A DNA stretch of 64,000 nucleotides, taken from assembly GCF_963675165.1 (NCBI RefSeq), contig NC_087392.1, forward strand, positions 14,022-78,021, written 5' to 3'. Below the pieces are notes generated by a model. That model saw nothing but the letters and a program-made list of their open reading frames with translations, was not told where the DNA came from and ran no database searches. Numbering within the stretch: position 1 is the stretch's first letter; the number at the start of each line of letters is the position of its first letter. Below are positions 1-14,666 of this stretch, piece after piece. Origin of the DNA: Halichondria panicea. Lineage: Eukaryota. The translations under genes were made by a program, and so were the position numbers.

Positions 1-690
1 AGTCTAGTATTATGCTCCTGGCCAGTATTATTATTGTACATGCAGTAGCACTAATAATTATGTGTATTATTTTGTTCCCTTCCCTCCCATGCAGTGGTAG
101 CTCGTATGTGAACAAAAGTCAAGAGGTTGAGGGGCTATCTAAAGAGTTTGTGAGTGAGAAAGCACCGCGCTCTGGTGTCGGTGTGGCTGCTAATGGCTCA
201 CTGTTCCTGTTACAGGTGATATATACTGATACTATAATGGCCTGCACAATACTCTCATGCAGGTAGATGGTGAGGAGGACAAACACGAGGGGCTGGATCT
301 GTGGGAGTTTGCTGAGGTGGCAATCTCATGTGGTCTAGCCCATCTTGTGGTTAGTTGCTAATGTGTGTTGATCATTGTATATACTCCCCCATTGCATGCA
401 GAACCTGGATGGTGGAGGGAGCAGTGTGTCTGTACAGAATGGCAAAGTTATTGACAGACCAACTTGTTTAGACATCAGCTTGCTCTGTGAGAGACCAGTG
501 ACAAGCATTACCTGTATTCATTAACGTGCTTTGTGTGAAAATTATTATTGTCGTCATCATGACGATCATTACCTATGTTGTCATAGTAATTGAGTAATGA
601 GTTCTCCAACAAGCAACCTCAAGAAGCCCAAGAGAAGTCCATTGCCTGCAGCAGGCCGTCGGGATGGGTTAGTTACATTGCCTGCTCTGT

Positions 691-1793
691 GTGTGTGTGC
701 TTACTGTAGTTTCCCGCAGCGTTCCCTTTCGACAGCCTGCAGATTGTAGGCCCTCCCCTAGTCTAAAAGCTTCTGCTGCTACTGGTGGTGGTGATCTACT
801 GGCGTCCATGGCTCATAGATTAGCCTCTGCTGAGGGAGAGCTGCAGAGTTATAAGAGAGAGCTTGCAGAGAAGGTGATGTTCGTGCGTGTATTGTACTGA
901 TGTGTGTGATTGTTGGTGTGTGTGTGCAGGAGGTATACATTCATCGACTAGAGGAGAGACTCAGACTTACTACAGAGGAGGACAGAGGGACACTAGAAGC
1001 ACGCTGTCTGGCATTGCAACACCAGGTTGAGGAGATGGAGGTAGTTATGTCCGCCCACCCCCACCTCTATGTATCCCCTCACTTGTAGGAGTTCCTGAAT
1101 GACTATGGGATGGTGTGGGTGGGTGGAGACCAACACAAGGCAAATGATGACCAAGTGCACTTTGACCTCATTCTCAAGCATATCCAAGAGCTGAATGGAT
1201 TGTGTGAACACACTGACATTACAAGCACCTCGACTGGAGCCACCTTCAAGGTATATCTCTACTCACACTTGTACCAGTAGAGACACACTCCTCTACCACT
1301 AGAGTCGTCAAGCGGTACCACTCACACTCTATCAGAACGGATTGCTTCTCTTCAAGGGACCTTTCAGACCCTACTCCCATCCCAGCACTCAGGAGTTACT
1401 GGCTGACCTTTGTGAGGGATATTTCCCCTCTGAGCTGCAATCCTCTTATCCTAATGGTGTGCCCATCAAGTGTGAGGACCTGAGGGACACAGTGTACACA
1501 CAACCCAGCTTCCCTGGTGGAGGGGATATGGTAGGGGAGGGAGAGACTGTGCAATCCTTCTTATCAAGACTCCCAGCCAGTGTAGTGAGGGGAGGCAAAG
1601 TGGTGGACATCAGGGCCAGCATTGCACACACACTCCAGGTTAGGGAGGGTACTGTAACCCACTGATGCACATAACTGGGTGCTTTTTCAGAGCTAACTTT
1701 GAGAGTCTATTACTTGTACTAGGAACATCCAATTTCAAATCTAAATCTTTATGTTGACAATAATAATTTTATTGTGGCATTTGTATGAATGTA

Positions 1794-1843
<50 letters not shown>

Positions 1844-2250
1844 GGTGTTGAGGTGGTGAACACACCAGTACTGGAGGAGCTAAGAGAGAGGTTGACACTA
1901 GAGGAAAGACCACCTACTCCATCACACATGTGCACACTCAGAGTGCGCTCCTCTGATATGGTATGAGAACAACTATGCTGCATTAGTATTAAGGTATCAA
2001 TGTTTACAGACCTATGTGCTTAAGATGAGACACAGTGACACAATTGGCTCTGTGAGAGAACACATAGACAGGCTGAGGTAAGGCCCACTATACACCAGTC
2101 CTACTCTAGTGTATTGTACATGCAGAGGTGTTGCACTGGACTACACACTCAAGTCATCATTCCCTCCAAGAACATTCAATGACACAACACAAACACTGTT
2201 AGACCTTGGACTCACTCCAACTTCAAATTTGTTCATTTCTTAATTATTAT
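691..2250 (+). CDS. UBX + SEP domain protein (p47 / UBXN11-like), multi-exon gene span (5' end uncertain)
   Basis: Coiled-coil exons (691-1088: ASAEGELQSYKRELAEK; EERLRLTTEEDRGTLEARCLALQHQVEEME). SEP-like exon 1342-1560 (ELLADLCEGYFPSELQSSYPNGVPIKCEDLRDTVYTQPSFPG). UBX-like exons 1841-1960 (MCTLRVRSSDM), 2030-2085 (RHSDTIGSVREHIDRL|gtaagg) and 2163-2248 (TFNDTTQTLLDLGLTPTSNLFIS*). A (GT)n microsatellite at 1795-1842 lies in an intron. Confidence 0.4.
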
Positions 2251-2462
2251 TACTTGTATAATTATATAATAATTATAATTATACAGTATAATTTTTTATA
2301 CTTTTATAATCAATTAACCGCGGCGTTTATTAAAATAATTACCGCAGCTACTGTAGTAGGGGTGTGGTCATTTGAACTTAACTGTTACCTACCCGCGGCT
2401 CTTTTCTGAGTCTAACCCAAAAATAATTTATTTTATTTTTACTTTTTATTACATAATAGGAT

Positions 2463-3500
2463 ATGTCGTTGTCGATTTGTGATGACAAGAAGAGTATTGT
2501 GGAGGAGACTGCAGGATTCAAGATATTCCTGAGAGACATTAGCCAGCCGATGGTGGATGCGTGGAGGGATACACAAGCCTTTGGATGTGAGTCTTTCACA
2601 GACTCCATACAGGTATGCTACGCCACACACAGGATTGTATTGATCCATGCATGCATGCATGCTACAGATATCTCAAGGTGATATATTCCAAGGTGCTCCG
2701 GCTGCAGACGCTATAGTAAGGAAGTGAAGGAAGTGTTGCTATTTGATATTGCATGGTACATGCTTTCTTCATAGGTGTCACCAGCTAACAGCTATGGCTT
2801 CATGGATGGTGGGATTGATATGGTCTATTCCAGACACTTTGGTTGGCAGATGTGAGTTACATACCATATTTAAACATTATGCAAACTTCGCAAGCGTTTG
2901 ACCTTTTAAAAATGAAATCGCAAAACCTGAATTTATAGTACGTACTGGTAAATTACACACGATCCTTGCAGTGTATCATGAGTGTTTGTACTGTAGGCAG
3001 GAGAGGCTACAGAAACTTCTGAGGGAAGAGCATGATGGAGAGCTACCAGTCGTGAGCTAAGCACTCACACACCTCACACCCACTCCACTCTTTACACAGG
3101 GTCAGGCAGTCATCATTCCAGCGTACTCTAGCCTCCAGGGGGAGGGGTCTAACTTGTCTCCCAGTGTAAACCAGGGTACACCTATCAGCTATCTCATTGC
3201 AGCACCTACTATGAGGATACCTACCAATGTCAGCAAAACTGTCAATTCCTACTTAGCCTTCAGAGCTATACTCAGAGAAGGTGTATATCTCCTGCTAGTA
3301 CTCCTGGCATTAGTATATTGTGTGTGTGTGTAACCCCACGCATGCATGTGCAGTGAGGGAACACAATCGTTGTCATCCTGACAAGCTCATTAGCTCCGTG
3401 CTGTGTCCCGGATTAGGGACTGCCGTCGGTAGGATGCCTTTCATGAGATGTGCCCATCAAATGAGAACTGCTTATAATGCTGTCATCCACCGCAATGTTC
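2463..3500 (+). CDS. macro-domain-like protein (multi-exon, span approximate)
   Basis: Exon 2463-2613 ends at gtatgc. Exon ~2775-2853 encodes ANSYGFMDGGIDMVYSRHFGWQ, a glycine-rich diphosphate-binding loop typical of macro/Appr-1-p folds. Exon ~3380-3490 encodes SVLCPGLGTAVGRMPFMRCAHQMRTAYNAVI. Family assignment is by motif only. Confidence 0.3.
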
Positions 3501-3781
3501 CTGCTATCAATTGTCCTCGTGACCTTAGTGAACCTTGCTCTGCACATGTGCAGTTGACTAGGGTAATTAAAACCACTAGTATCACTTTATGCTTGCACTA
3601 TAATAATTATACAGTTTGGGGAGAATTCTGGAACCAAGTTCCCACCCAAAGCCACAATTGGAGAACTTTTTATAGAACAATGAACTATTAGAAACACTTT
3701 ATATGACATCGTTATTGATAACAATAGTTTGTGTAAACATGAAGTGAGAGTCTTATAATAATAATACAGTCAATAATACAG

Positions 3782-5136
3782 TCAATTTTCTTTGCCAGTT
3801 TTTAGCAGATTCAAAGCTTTAGAGAGATAATCAATTGCTCCTTCAACATCATCGTAATCAATGGCACTCGAGGCAAACTTGCAATACTTCTGAGCCTTGG
3901 TTGTCTCTCCAGCTCCTACCACCACACGGGCAACACTAGTACTTGCCACCTCTGGCTGACCACGAGGCCTGGGAACTGGTTTCACTTCAGGGGGTAGCTG
4001 AGGCCGTATCTGGTGGGGTTGAGGTTGTGGGGGTTGCTGTGGCCAGTTCTGGGGGGGTTGCTGTGACCACACCTGAGGAGGTAGAGGTTGGGGGGGTTCC
4101 TGCGGCCAGTTCTGGGGAGGTGCCTGCACTTGGGGGGATTCCTGTGGCCATTTTGGGGAAGGTGCCTGCACTTGGGGGGGTTGCAGTTGGGGGACTGGAG
4201 GAAGATCAAATCCTATTGGAACATCACTAGACGATCCTGGCTGGTTGCCATAGTTACCAGTAGGCTCATTCAGAGAAGCTGGTTCATCATGTTGTTCTTT
4301 GAAGCCTCCAGGAGGACCGGGAGTGGGCATGATGCCATTCTTGAGACACTTGTCAATCTCCACAGCTTTCCATTTAGCATACTTCATCTTCCCCTCAATC
4401 TATGAGATACAACATGACACGATTACAGGGGCTAGCCCACTGGGCATCAATACGACACGATTACAGGGGCACTTTAATTACCTCCTCAGAAAGGTCTCCG
4501 AATTGCTTGAGGGACATAAAGATCTGACTGGCAGTGAAAAAGCGTTTGGACAAATTCCTGGCAAAGTGTGTATAATAAAAAATAATGAACCCAGTACAAC
4601 TGTAAAGAGCTTACTTGGTGAACCTTGCTGCCCTGTCCTCCTGATCAGCTGTGTCAAACAGATCCAGTGCATAGTTCTCAATACGCGCTTGAGCTCCAAT
4701 AACATTATCACTTCCCATATCCTCTTTCAAATCAGGATTACACAATAGCTCGTTCTTCATCTGCAAGGAAGGGACGTGTCAGTTAAGGAAGGGGTTCCCA
4801 ACTTATTCATAATTTATACCGTATCCAGTTTGTCCATGCTTTTGAACAAGTATGTCTTTCCCTCTGGAGATTTGCTCACTTTAATGCCCTCCTGGACAGC
4901 ATACAAGAGCACTACACGGGGGGTACACACACACACACACACATGAGCACTACACGGGGTACACACACACACACACATGAGCACTACAGGGGGGGGGGGG
5001 TACGCACACACGATGGAGTAGCCTCACCAAAGTAAGCCACTACAGGGTGCTCTCTCTCCAACTGCTTGTGGATAATGAGGAAAGGTTTGACAGCTTTTAG
5101 GTCCATCGGGATATCTCCTGCACGAGGTGTCGCCAT
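3782..5136 (-). CDS. VTA1: VTA1/LIP5 homolog (Vps4 cofactor), 5 exons
   Basis: Minus-strand exons read ~5028-5136 (MATPRAGDIPMDLKAVKPFLIIHKQLEREHPVVAYF|gtgagg), ~4841-4912, ~4602-4753 (ENYALDLFDTADQEDRAARF), ~4476-4550 and 3782-4399. The last exon carries the MIT-linker KYAKWKAVEIDKCLKNGIMPTPGPPGG, a P/Q-rich linker and the C-terminal VSL motif AQKYCKFASSAIDYDDVEGAIDYLSKALNLL. A (CA)n run in intron 1 (4925-4975) produces the spurious CVCVC ORF. Confidence 0.85.
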
Positions 5137-6345
5137 CTCTAGCTAGCTAGCTCTAGCCACAAAGTACAGTGTATGTATCCCTTTCCTTGCCATTCGTGAA
5201 ATCTGGAACAGGAGCGTCTTTAGGTCGATCAATTAGTGTGGATCCGGCCTCACCACGCCTCCAAGTCATTCTATTAGTCTAGATCCGGCTAGCAATTCTA
5301 GCTGGGACTCCCAGTTCTAGCTCCTTTTGTTTAGCGTGTCAGAGACTGGGAGAAGATGATTGGCACTCCCTGGCTCCTTTGGATGTACAGCTGTCCAGAT
5401 CCCTAGAACATACCCTCCATTCTGACGAGTTATCAGTGCATAGGGTGCTTACTAGATTCTTGCCAGCCAGTACAGTTCAAGCTACACACAGCACCGCTCA
5501 ACTATTCTCTACCCCATTATCTAGCTAAATCTGGTCCAACTAGACAGCAGACACAGCTAGTTAATTCAGTAAAGCCAGGGGTAGCCCTACTTCTACGGTT
5601 GTTCAGTACCCACGGTAACAATTCCTCTGGGCTGGGCTAACTAGTTGAGCCACGCCTCCCAATTCTCAAGGCTAGGTACATGTCTCTGTCTAGCTGCTTC
5701 TTCAGCTTCTTGCTCAGTTTTGTGGCTTAGAGAAAGGCCAGCTACTCAGGGGGAAGAGTCCAGATGAAAGTCTGGCAGCCAGGTGACGTCCAAACGGTCA
5801 GTTATTCTTTCCACCAACTTTTTAATCTAGTCTAGTCCTGCTTGCACTGCTACTACTACTGCTGCCTACTGCTGCTACTCTTCCTAGCTAGTCAAAGGTT
5901 TCTTTTTTTTTTTTTTTTTTTTTTATAACTACATATGCACAAAGAGACATCAAAGCTTACATCAAAGGACACAGATTTTTAGCCTACTTGACTGATAAGG
6001 CGGTTACCTAGACTACAGTTTGTTTGTCAGGGAGGAGCTCACATACAACTTCATCTAATTCATCATAACGATTCCTTACCCATTGTTGTAATTTCTACAA
6101 CAGATTGCCAAGGAAAGAGGTATATGCGTTAGCTAGAAGTTTGTGCTGAGCCAGCAAACACATGACATCTAAAAGTTTAAAGGTGAATAGACTCCAGTAT
6201 AGTATACAGTACATGTACAGTGTACAGGCGCTAGGCCCAGGAGCACTATAGAGAGGCAGTTTGTGTGAACACAGTGGGACCAGGACTGTACCAGGGTAAG
6301 TGTTGTAGCCTGTGTGTACACCACCTCTATACTGTACGTGTAGGA

Positions 6346-9122
6346 ATGGCTTTGTTAGAGGATGATGAGTTATTGGATCTGGAGGGACCCCCCAGCAGCA
6401 GTCAATCTGATCAATGGTCAGATAAACCTCTTTTCAGTGACAAACGGGACAAGAAGAATCGGCTTGAAGATAAACGAAGTTCCATTAGAGCACTCCCATG
6501 GACCAAGTCCAAGGATTCAACTCTTGAGAAAACTCCCAAGAAAAGCAAACACAATCGCAATAAGTCCGGATCTCGTACTCCCCCGGCCCCGGTCCCAGAC
6601 TCTCCTAAACTATTGAGAGGAGAAGTTGTTCGAGGAAATCAACCTTCTCCTAATATCAAGAACAATCGCAAGACCTACTCCCAACTGGGAGACTGGTCTG
6701 ATGAGGAGAGTGTTCCTGGCTACACATTCTCCAATGAGCCAGCCTTAGCCTCTAGTCCCTCCAAAACCACCTCACTATCAACAGAACCACTAGCCTCCCC
6801 TTGGACCACCTCCCTATCATCAACAGAACCACTAGCCTCCCCCTGGACCACCTCTCTGCCAACAGAGCCACTAGCCTCCCCCGGGAGACAGACCACTGTA
6901 CAGTTCCCTGTCTTATTTAGTGGAGAGACGCAGGCACACACAAGCAGAGCCAGTGTTCCACTGTTGCCCATGTTCCCCCTTCAATCACCGACACAGTCAC
7001 TAGGTCCACTTGAGGTTAGGGTACCAGCCAGCCCACCACTGGAAGCTGATTGGAAGGTTTCTGATGAGCTGCGGGACAAGTGCACTAGTCAGTTCCAAGA
7101 GTTGAGTACATCTGATGGTCTGCTGCAAGGGGACAAAGCTCGAGAATTCTTTGTCCTCTCCAAACTACCCAACCAAGAACTATCAACTATTTGGTGGGTT
7201 TCTACACTGTGTTGTGTGGGCGTGTGTCATGTGTGCTGTGTGTGTGTAGGAGGCTGGCTGATGTGAACAGAGACAACGCTCTCTCTGAGGGAGAGTTTTG
7301 TGTTGCCATGAAGTTAGTCATGATGAGACGCAATGGCCACGAGATCCCATCCTCCCTACCAACCACACTACTACCTTATCTAGTGTCAAGTGAGTGCCAT
7401 TATATTGCTCTAGCATCAACCAGCCTTTACCACTAGCTACAGTGTACACAGTGGGACTTACACTAGAGTAGAATTGTTGCTTTTGTTTTTCAAATGTATG
7501 CTCAAGTGAGGGTTGTACCTCTGTGTGTGTGTAGGGAAGACTGGACCTCTCACCTCTACACTGGAGGGCACAGGTGAACATCACGTGTATAGTGTATTGC
7601 TGCTATTGATAATGAAACAGCTTTGTTTACAACAGGTGTCCTAGTTGATTTTGGAGGGGAAATCCCTGATATTAACACACTGTTGGATTATGTGGAGGAA
7701 ACATCTGAAGATACGTTGGACTTTGGAGTGATCGTTGCCCCTGGCGACACGCTGGTAGACCTTGGAGGGATCATTGCCCCCGGCGACACACTGGTAGACC
7801 TTGGAGAAGCCCCTGATATTGATACGATGATGTTCCTTGAAGAAGATACCAGTGATGCTAGTACAGCATTGGTTGAACTTGAAGACCCTGATATTAATAT
7901 GCCAATTGGAGGAGTTGCCCCTGGCAACACGCTAGTTGGAGAGGTTGCTATTAGCGACGACGATGGTGACAGTACAATATTAATGCGGAGACGTACGGGG
8001 TCAGAGGGCAGCATATCAAGACAACCAACAGCAACAGTTCGAAGGTCAAAAACACTTCGAGAGACTGGGGAAATTCTTATCAACATTGACCAAGGAACGC
8101 CACAACCAACACACAAGACAAGCAAGTGAGCTAACAACACTGGGGGGAGCTAACAACGCAGGGGGGAACTAACTTAGAGAGGGCCATTACTTGCGCTAAT
8201 GCTACAATAATGATGGTGTACTTAGATTCAGTGATTTATTTCAGCATTACCTGTATCTCTGAGACCAGACTGTCTGTGTAATGTCATGTGTTAACCTGGT
8301 GTAGGAAGTATCAAGCACTGGATTGCTCTGATGATGACTCTACAGATGGAGACTGGTTGGAAGGAAAGGTCAAAGGTCACTCACGCGGCAAGTCTCTAGA
8401 CCTCAACAAGATGATAAGTGGTCGAGATGGTAAGTGTGTGGGCGTACATGTATGTTGTGTGTGGGCGTGCGTATGTTCTAATTATATCCCCTACAGTTTT
8501 AAAGGACCTTCCGTTAGCTGAGCCCCCCAAACTTCCACCGGTAAGGCTACAGAATATTTATGTGTATATCATACTGTTCGTAACAACACCACAGCGTCCA
8601 CATGCATCCCCTCCACTGGAGCACACCATCAAGGTAAGTAGCTGTGTATCATACATTCACTCCTTATATCTCGTTAGACTGAGGAGGAGAGTGGGCGTGT
8701 GCGGTCCCTGTCCACTGGATCCATACACACACATAATGAAGCTCACGATACAAACACACTAGTGGAGGACAAACCAAAGACATTAGTGGAGGACAAACCA
8801 AAGAGAAAGGTACATGTATGTACCCTCCCACCCCACCTCACACCTCACACCTCACACACACAGCACCGTGTGGCCCCACGCCGCCCACCCCCTCCTGTCA
8901 AGAAGCCAGAGATAAAGACAGACAAGAAAGAGTTGCAAGTATCAATCCGACAACTTAAGGATCAGAACGCGGGTTTGACTGAAGTGAATAAAGCTCTCGA
9001 GACTCAGCTATTCAAGGTGTGAAGGCAACAGTTAGTGTGTGTGTTTGTTGATTATCATTACTGTGCAGCTGATGGAGGAAAGAGTTCGTTTAGAGCACCA
9101 GCTGGAACTACTCAATATCTAG
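6346..9122 (+). CDS. EH-domain protein with C-terminal coiled coil, REPS1/2-like (RalBP1-associated Eps-domain protein); ~10 exons, 5' end uncertain
   Basis: Large exon 6346-7196 is S/P-rich with PLASPWTTSL repeats. An EH domain is split by an intron: ...REFFVLSKLPNQELSTIW|gt ... ag|RRLADVNRDNALSEGEFCVAMKLVMMRR (7244-7389). Later exons read ~7535-7575, 7632-8124 (acidic PGDTLVDLG repeats), 8303-8430, 8497-8541, 8591-8632, 8678-8809, 8865-9018 (KELQVSIRQLKDQNAGLTEVNKALETQLFK coiled coil) and 9070-9122 (stop). Confidence 0.6.
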
Positions 9123-9289
9123 CTGAACCTGTTTCTGTGTTGGCATAGACATATAATACCTGATTGTAAATGCATATTAATGTTTTTCTGTCCTACAATA
9201 ATTGATTGTAGTTATTATTCCACTAGCTCCTAGAGACAAACAAATATAACAATATTGTTAAAAAACAAGTATAATGTTATAACAGAGTT

Positions 9290-9770
9290 AAGTGCTTGTT
9301 CGTGCCAGACTCTGCCTGCCTTGTGCATACTCGGCATCAACCTACACAGGGAGCATAAAAAACTTGCCACACAACATAGCTAGCTACTCATCTGTGTGTT
9401 AGCTGTTACAGTGGCTCCTCCACACGCAATCAACCTACACAGGGAGCATAAAAGACTTTCCATGCAACATAGCTACTAGCTTATCTGTGTGTACTCCTCC
9501 AGAAGTGATCAACCTACACAGGGAGCATAAAAGACTTGCCACACAACATAGCTAGCTAGCTACTCATCTGTGTATGCTGTTAAGGTGGCTCCTCCACACG
9601 TCATCTACCTACACAGGGATCATAAACCACACAACATAGCTAGCTACTTATCTGTTTGCATATGCTGTTACAGTGGCTCCACAGCAATTAATGAACCTAC
9701 ACACAGAGCATGAAAGACATGCCACACAACATAATACATAGCTAGGTACTTATCTGTTGTGTATAGATGC
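9290..9770. repeat. minisatellite, ~95-110-bp unit x4-5 (..caacctacacagggagcataaaagacttgccacacaacatagctagctactcatctgtgt..)
   Basis: Direct reading: near-identical units begin at ~9330, 9430, 9500, 9610 and 9690, just 3' of the REPS-like gene. Confidence 0.8.
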
Positions 9771-11689
9771 GGTGGCCCCTCAAAGAAGCTACGTATCTTT
9801 TGTTGTTGTGCAGACATCAACCTATACATCATAGAATGCATGAGACACTGTACATGTAGCCAGCCATACTCATCTCCATACATACATGCAGAGACAATCC
9901 ACCTGCACACACCACCTCTCATAGTCTACTTTGTAATGAACACAATGATAGTATAGTAGTGGGCGATGAGATCCGAGCCCCACCCCCTAAAAAGAGATGT
10001 GGGGGCGTACAGTCAAGCCCCGCCCCCTCCAATACCTGCAAACAGAACATGCAGTCATTGATCAGGTTAGTAATCCTCCCTGGGTCCCAGAGCAGCATGG
10101 CTTGTCCGTACCTGGGGGAGAGAGGAAACAAAAACAGTGAGAGAATAACACACTAGTACAGTAGCTAGTAGGAGGAGCTGTGTGCATTGTGGTTGCAAGA
10201 GAACAAGCAAATGCATGCATGGTTACATTGAGCACAGCAGTTCAAACAAAACCATCCACTCAACACAATACAATACCAGCCAATCACCACCACAGCTGAC
10301 ATTGTCATCACAATATAATTATTACCAATACTCCCACAATCCAATTTCAAACATGCAGTGTTGTTGTGCAGAGAAGAGATGACCAATCAATTCTACAACC
10401 ATGCAAGACTGCACCACAAGACCACCAGATAATCATAATCAACACAATACCAGACAAATACAAACATCATGTCAAACCAACTGTGCAGAGAAGAGACAGA
10501 ACTTCCCATAATAAACCCACCACAACAACCAATCAAATCGACCAATCACAGGACCACTACCAGTAGTTTCCTTGCCCAAGGGACTAATACAATAAGGGCA
10601 TAATAAACTAAAGGGACCCTGTGACTGTGAGTACCATTAACTGAGCACAGAAGTAATCAACCAGAATGTGTGGGATGGTTCAACAACAGTAGACTCACAG
10701 AGACAACACCTCCTTGCTCTTGAAGCCCTTGTCGACTCCAGTTGCAACAAGCCTGGCACGCAAGGCTTGCACAAGTGCTCAAGACTACTCTTCACTAATC
10801 CAGTCAAAGGCTACAGTTCCCTTGGCACACCTATAGTTTAGTTAAAGCCTGAACTTACCAATTCCATGTGCAGTAGGCACAGAGTTAAGATCCTAAAAAG
10901 CCGTTATAACAGATTAGCATAAGCCAAGAAGCAGCAGTTGTCCAACTATATTATAGCTAGCTATTTCTAATGATCCTAGCTAGCTAACTAACTATTGGAA
11001 CTGATAACGAGATCTTAACACTCCCAATTATGGCAGGATCCTGTGCTGCTTTCCCTTTAGGCAGGTACTAACAGCAGAGTGCTCCCTCAATAGACTGGAG
11101 TGCCATGAGTAATCCATCATTGCACCCCGAAGGCTGGTTCAACAACGGTTCCAAGAACAAGAAGATGCTGTCCTGCGACCCGACTGTTGAAGAACCTTCC
11201 ACACACATTCTGATTGATTACTTGAGTGCTACGGACACCCCCCCCCCCCCCACCAAGGGTTCAAGGCCATGCAGGTAATAGACTCTTAGCCACGCGTACA
11301 TGAAAAACAAATTATAAGCGCAACACCAACACGAGTTTAGACATGCATACATGCATTCAACGTGCGCTTGCTGGCAAGTATGTATCTATTAAGCTGCATG
11401 ACCTACACACCTCACAGTCAAGAAGGGGCCACACTTAAAACACCAGGAATACAAGGGCAAAATAATCACCAACCAGAAAAGTCCACGCTCAACAAAAAGC
11501 AAACAACACCGGTACGCTCAAGGCCAGAGTGAACAATCTAATCAATAGCTGCAACACACGCAACAAGCTAGCTACAGATATTAAGATGAACATACAGAAG
11601 TACAGTTTTAACTTACAATAGACTCATGCAGCCTGCACTGCTTCCGATGATCCATCTCTATCTCTTTCCTTCCATGACTGGAAAATCCT

Positions 11690-11860
11690 CGCGCTGCTCC
11701 GCTGGAAAGGTTGCGATGGTTCTGCAACACAGTGGAAGGTTTTCGAAGGTTCTGCAACACGGTGGAAGGCTCGCGATGATTCTGCAACACGGTGGAAGGC
11801 GCGCGATGATTCTGCAACACGGTGGAAGGTTTGCGCTGGTTAAGGTTCTGCAAAAAAATC
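11690..11860. repeat. 30-bp tandem repeat x5 (ggttctgcaacacggtggaaggcNcgcgat)
   Basis: Direct reading. It generates repetitive pseudo-ORFs on both strands (STVLQNHR.. / GRxAMILQHG..). Confidence 0.8.
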
Positions 11861-12247
11861 AAGTCAATAGCAATCAGTACATGTAATAGACAGCAAACAA
11901 TGCCACAATGCTCCACAAGGCTTCCTAGTCTAACATTCCTGCAAACATGCGAGATACAAGCAAAGAAACTCACCTCTTCCAGCAAGACACTTGGCTTCTT
12001 CTTCAATCTTCAAAGGAACTGAGCTTCTGGAACTGGATCTGAGAATATTCCAGGCCATTGACGTCAGGAGATGCCATGGAGACCGGACCGCAGGAGTAGA
12101 CTCTACTAGCTACAAGGTGTTGCGAGTATTGTGGGTGTCCTGTCCAAAAGCTCCACTTTATGCGCTAGCCTCGATTCCAGGCCGCTCAGGCCTTGTGAAG
12201 GAGGCTATTTATGCGCATGCTTATTTTATTATTATTGTATTGTAGCA

Positions 12248-13602
<1,355 letters not shown>

Positions 13603-13688
13603 TAACTTGTTATCAAGACCCTTGATGTTATTCTGTGCAATATTTTGCTGAATTATTCTTATTCTTGTTTTCAACAAAACAATTGATA

Positions 13689-13914
13689 CCGTATTACTAG
13701 AATATTTTGCGGGTGAAAAACCTTTGCGAATGAGCCAAATCAGCAGAACATTTGACCCTTTGCGATATAACTATTGCGTTCTGGCAAGGATCGTGTGTAT
13801 TTACTAGTAATAATTTAGGTTTTGCGGATTTTATTGTTGCGAATTGATCAACCATCGCAAAGTTCGCAAATGTTTGATGCTCGCAAAACATTCTAGTAAT
13901 ACGGTACCTGTGGT
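13689..13914. mobile_element. MITE (~226 bp) with 23-bp terminal inverted repeats and flanking TA duplication (Tc1/mariner-Stowaway-like)
   Basis: The left end ccgtattactagaatattttgcg (13689-13711) is the inverted complement of the right end cgcaaaacattctagtaatacgg (13892-13914) with 1 mismatch. The flanks are ..gaTA| and |TAcc. A related internal fragment lies at 2878-2965. Confidence 0.6.
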
Positions 13915-14381
13915 GAAACTTGTCCATTCCATACAACAGCAATATCTGTGTACATGTAACTTGGCTGTAACCACAGTAAAAAGATAATGATTATGAATAT
14001 CATTAAACCATGTTGATGCAGTAAGCAGCAAGCACTAAGTCCTAATTATAAAATCGTGTAACAGCCTCATAAAACATATCCATATGCCAATGAAAACTCG
14101 GTTGAGAATAGTGTATTATTGACCTTGCTTGACCCAATATAATTATTTTGCAAGTTTCCCTATATTTATACAAACAAGAGCCTAAGAGGTGCATGTGGCG
14201 GTGTCGGTGTGGTAGGCAAAGCATCACTGAATAAGTAGCATGATATGGGTGTAGTGTTATCTTGAAACTGATGAGAACCCCAGACACTTTGATACACCAT
14301 TCTCAATTGAGAGCTCTTGGCATATGGAGCTGTTCTGAGGCTGTGCAAAGTCATTATCATGGTGTACACTGTACAGTATAA

Positions 14382-14666
14382 GCCTTGCCCAATTATGCTA
14401 GCATAATTTTGAGACTAATAGGGCATTGAGCATTATGCCAGCCTAATAGGCAAAAAATATTAGCCTATTAGGTAATTTTTACCAAATTTTGGTATATAGA
14501 AAGTATGATTTTATAGAAGCATCTGTGGTGTTGCAGTATAATTCTCATTGATCAAGAATAATGGGTAATAATTAAAGACTAATAAAAGACTAATAGGTAC
14601 AATGAATGAGACTTGCAATTGGAGACTAGACTAATAGGTAAAATTTTGAGCATAATTGGGCAAGGC
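14382..14666. mobile_element. MITE-like element (~285 bp) with 17-bp terminal inverted repeats (gccttgcccaattatgc ... gcataattgggcaaggc)
   Basis: Perfect inverted termini at 14382-14398 and 14650-14666. The AT-rich interior has reiterated ctaatagg motifs and no coding capacity. Confidence 0.5.

Noticed and set aside
9950-11600. Possible exons among several 60-70-aa ORFs (for example 9959-10156 and 10182-10566, Q/T/N-rich)
   Set aside because: They are low-complexity and AC-rich, with no recognisable motif and no consistent splice sites. They are left unannotated rather than guessed.
11608-12006. 132-aa minus-strand ORF with a decapeptide repeat (PSTVLQNHR x4) upstream of TRMT61A
   Set aside because: The ORF runs through a 30-bp tandem DNA repeat. 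The complementary strand is equally open. There are no recognisable domains and no splice-compatible context. It is most likely non-coding.
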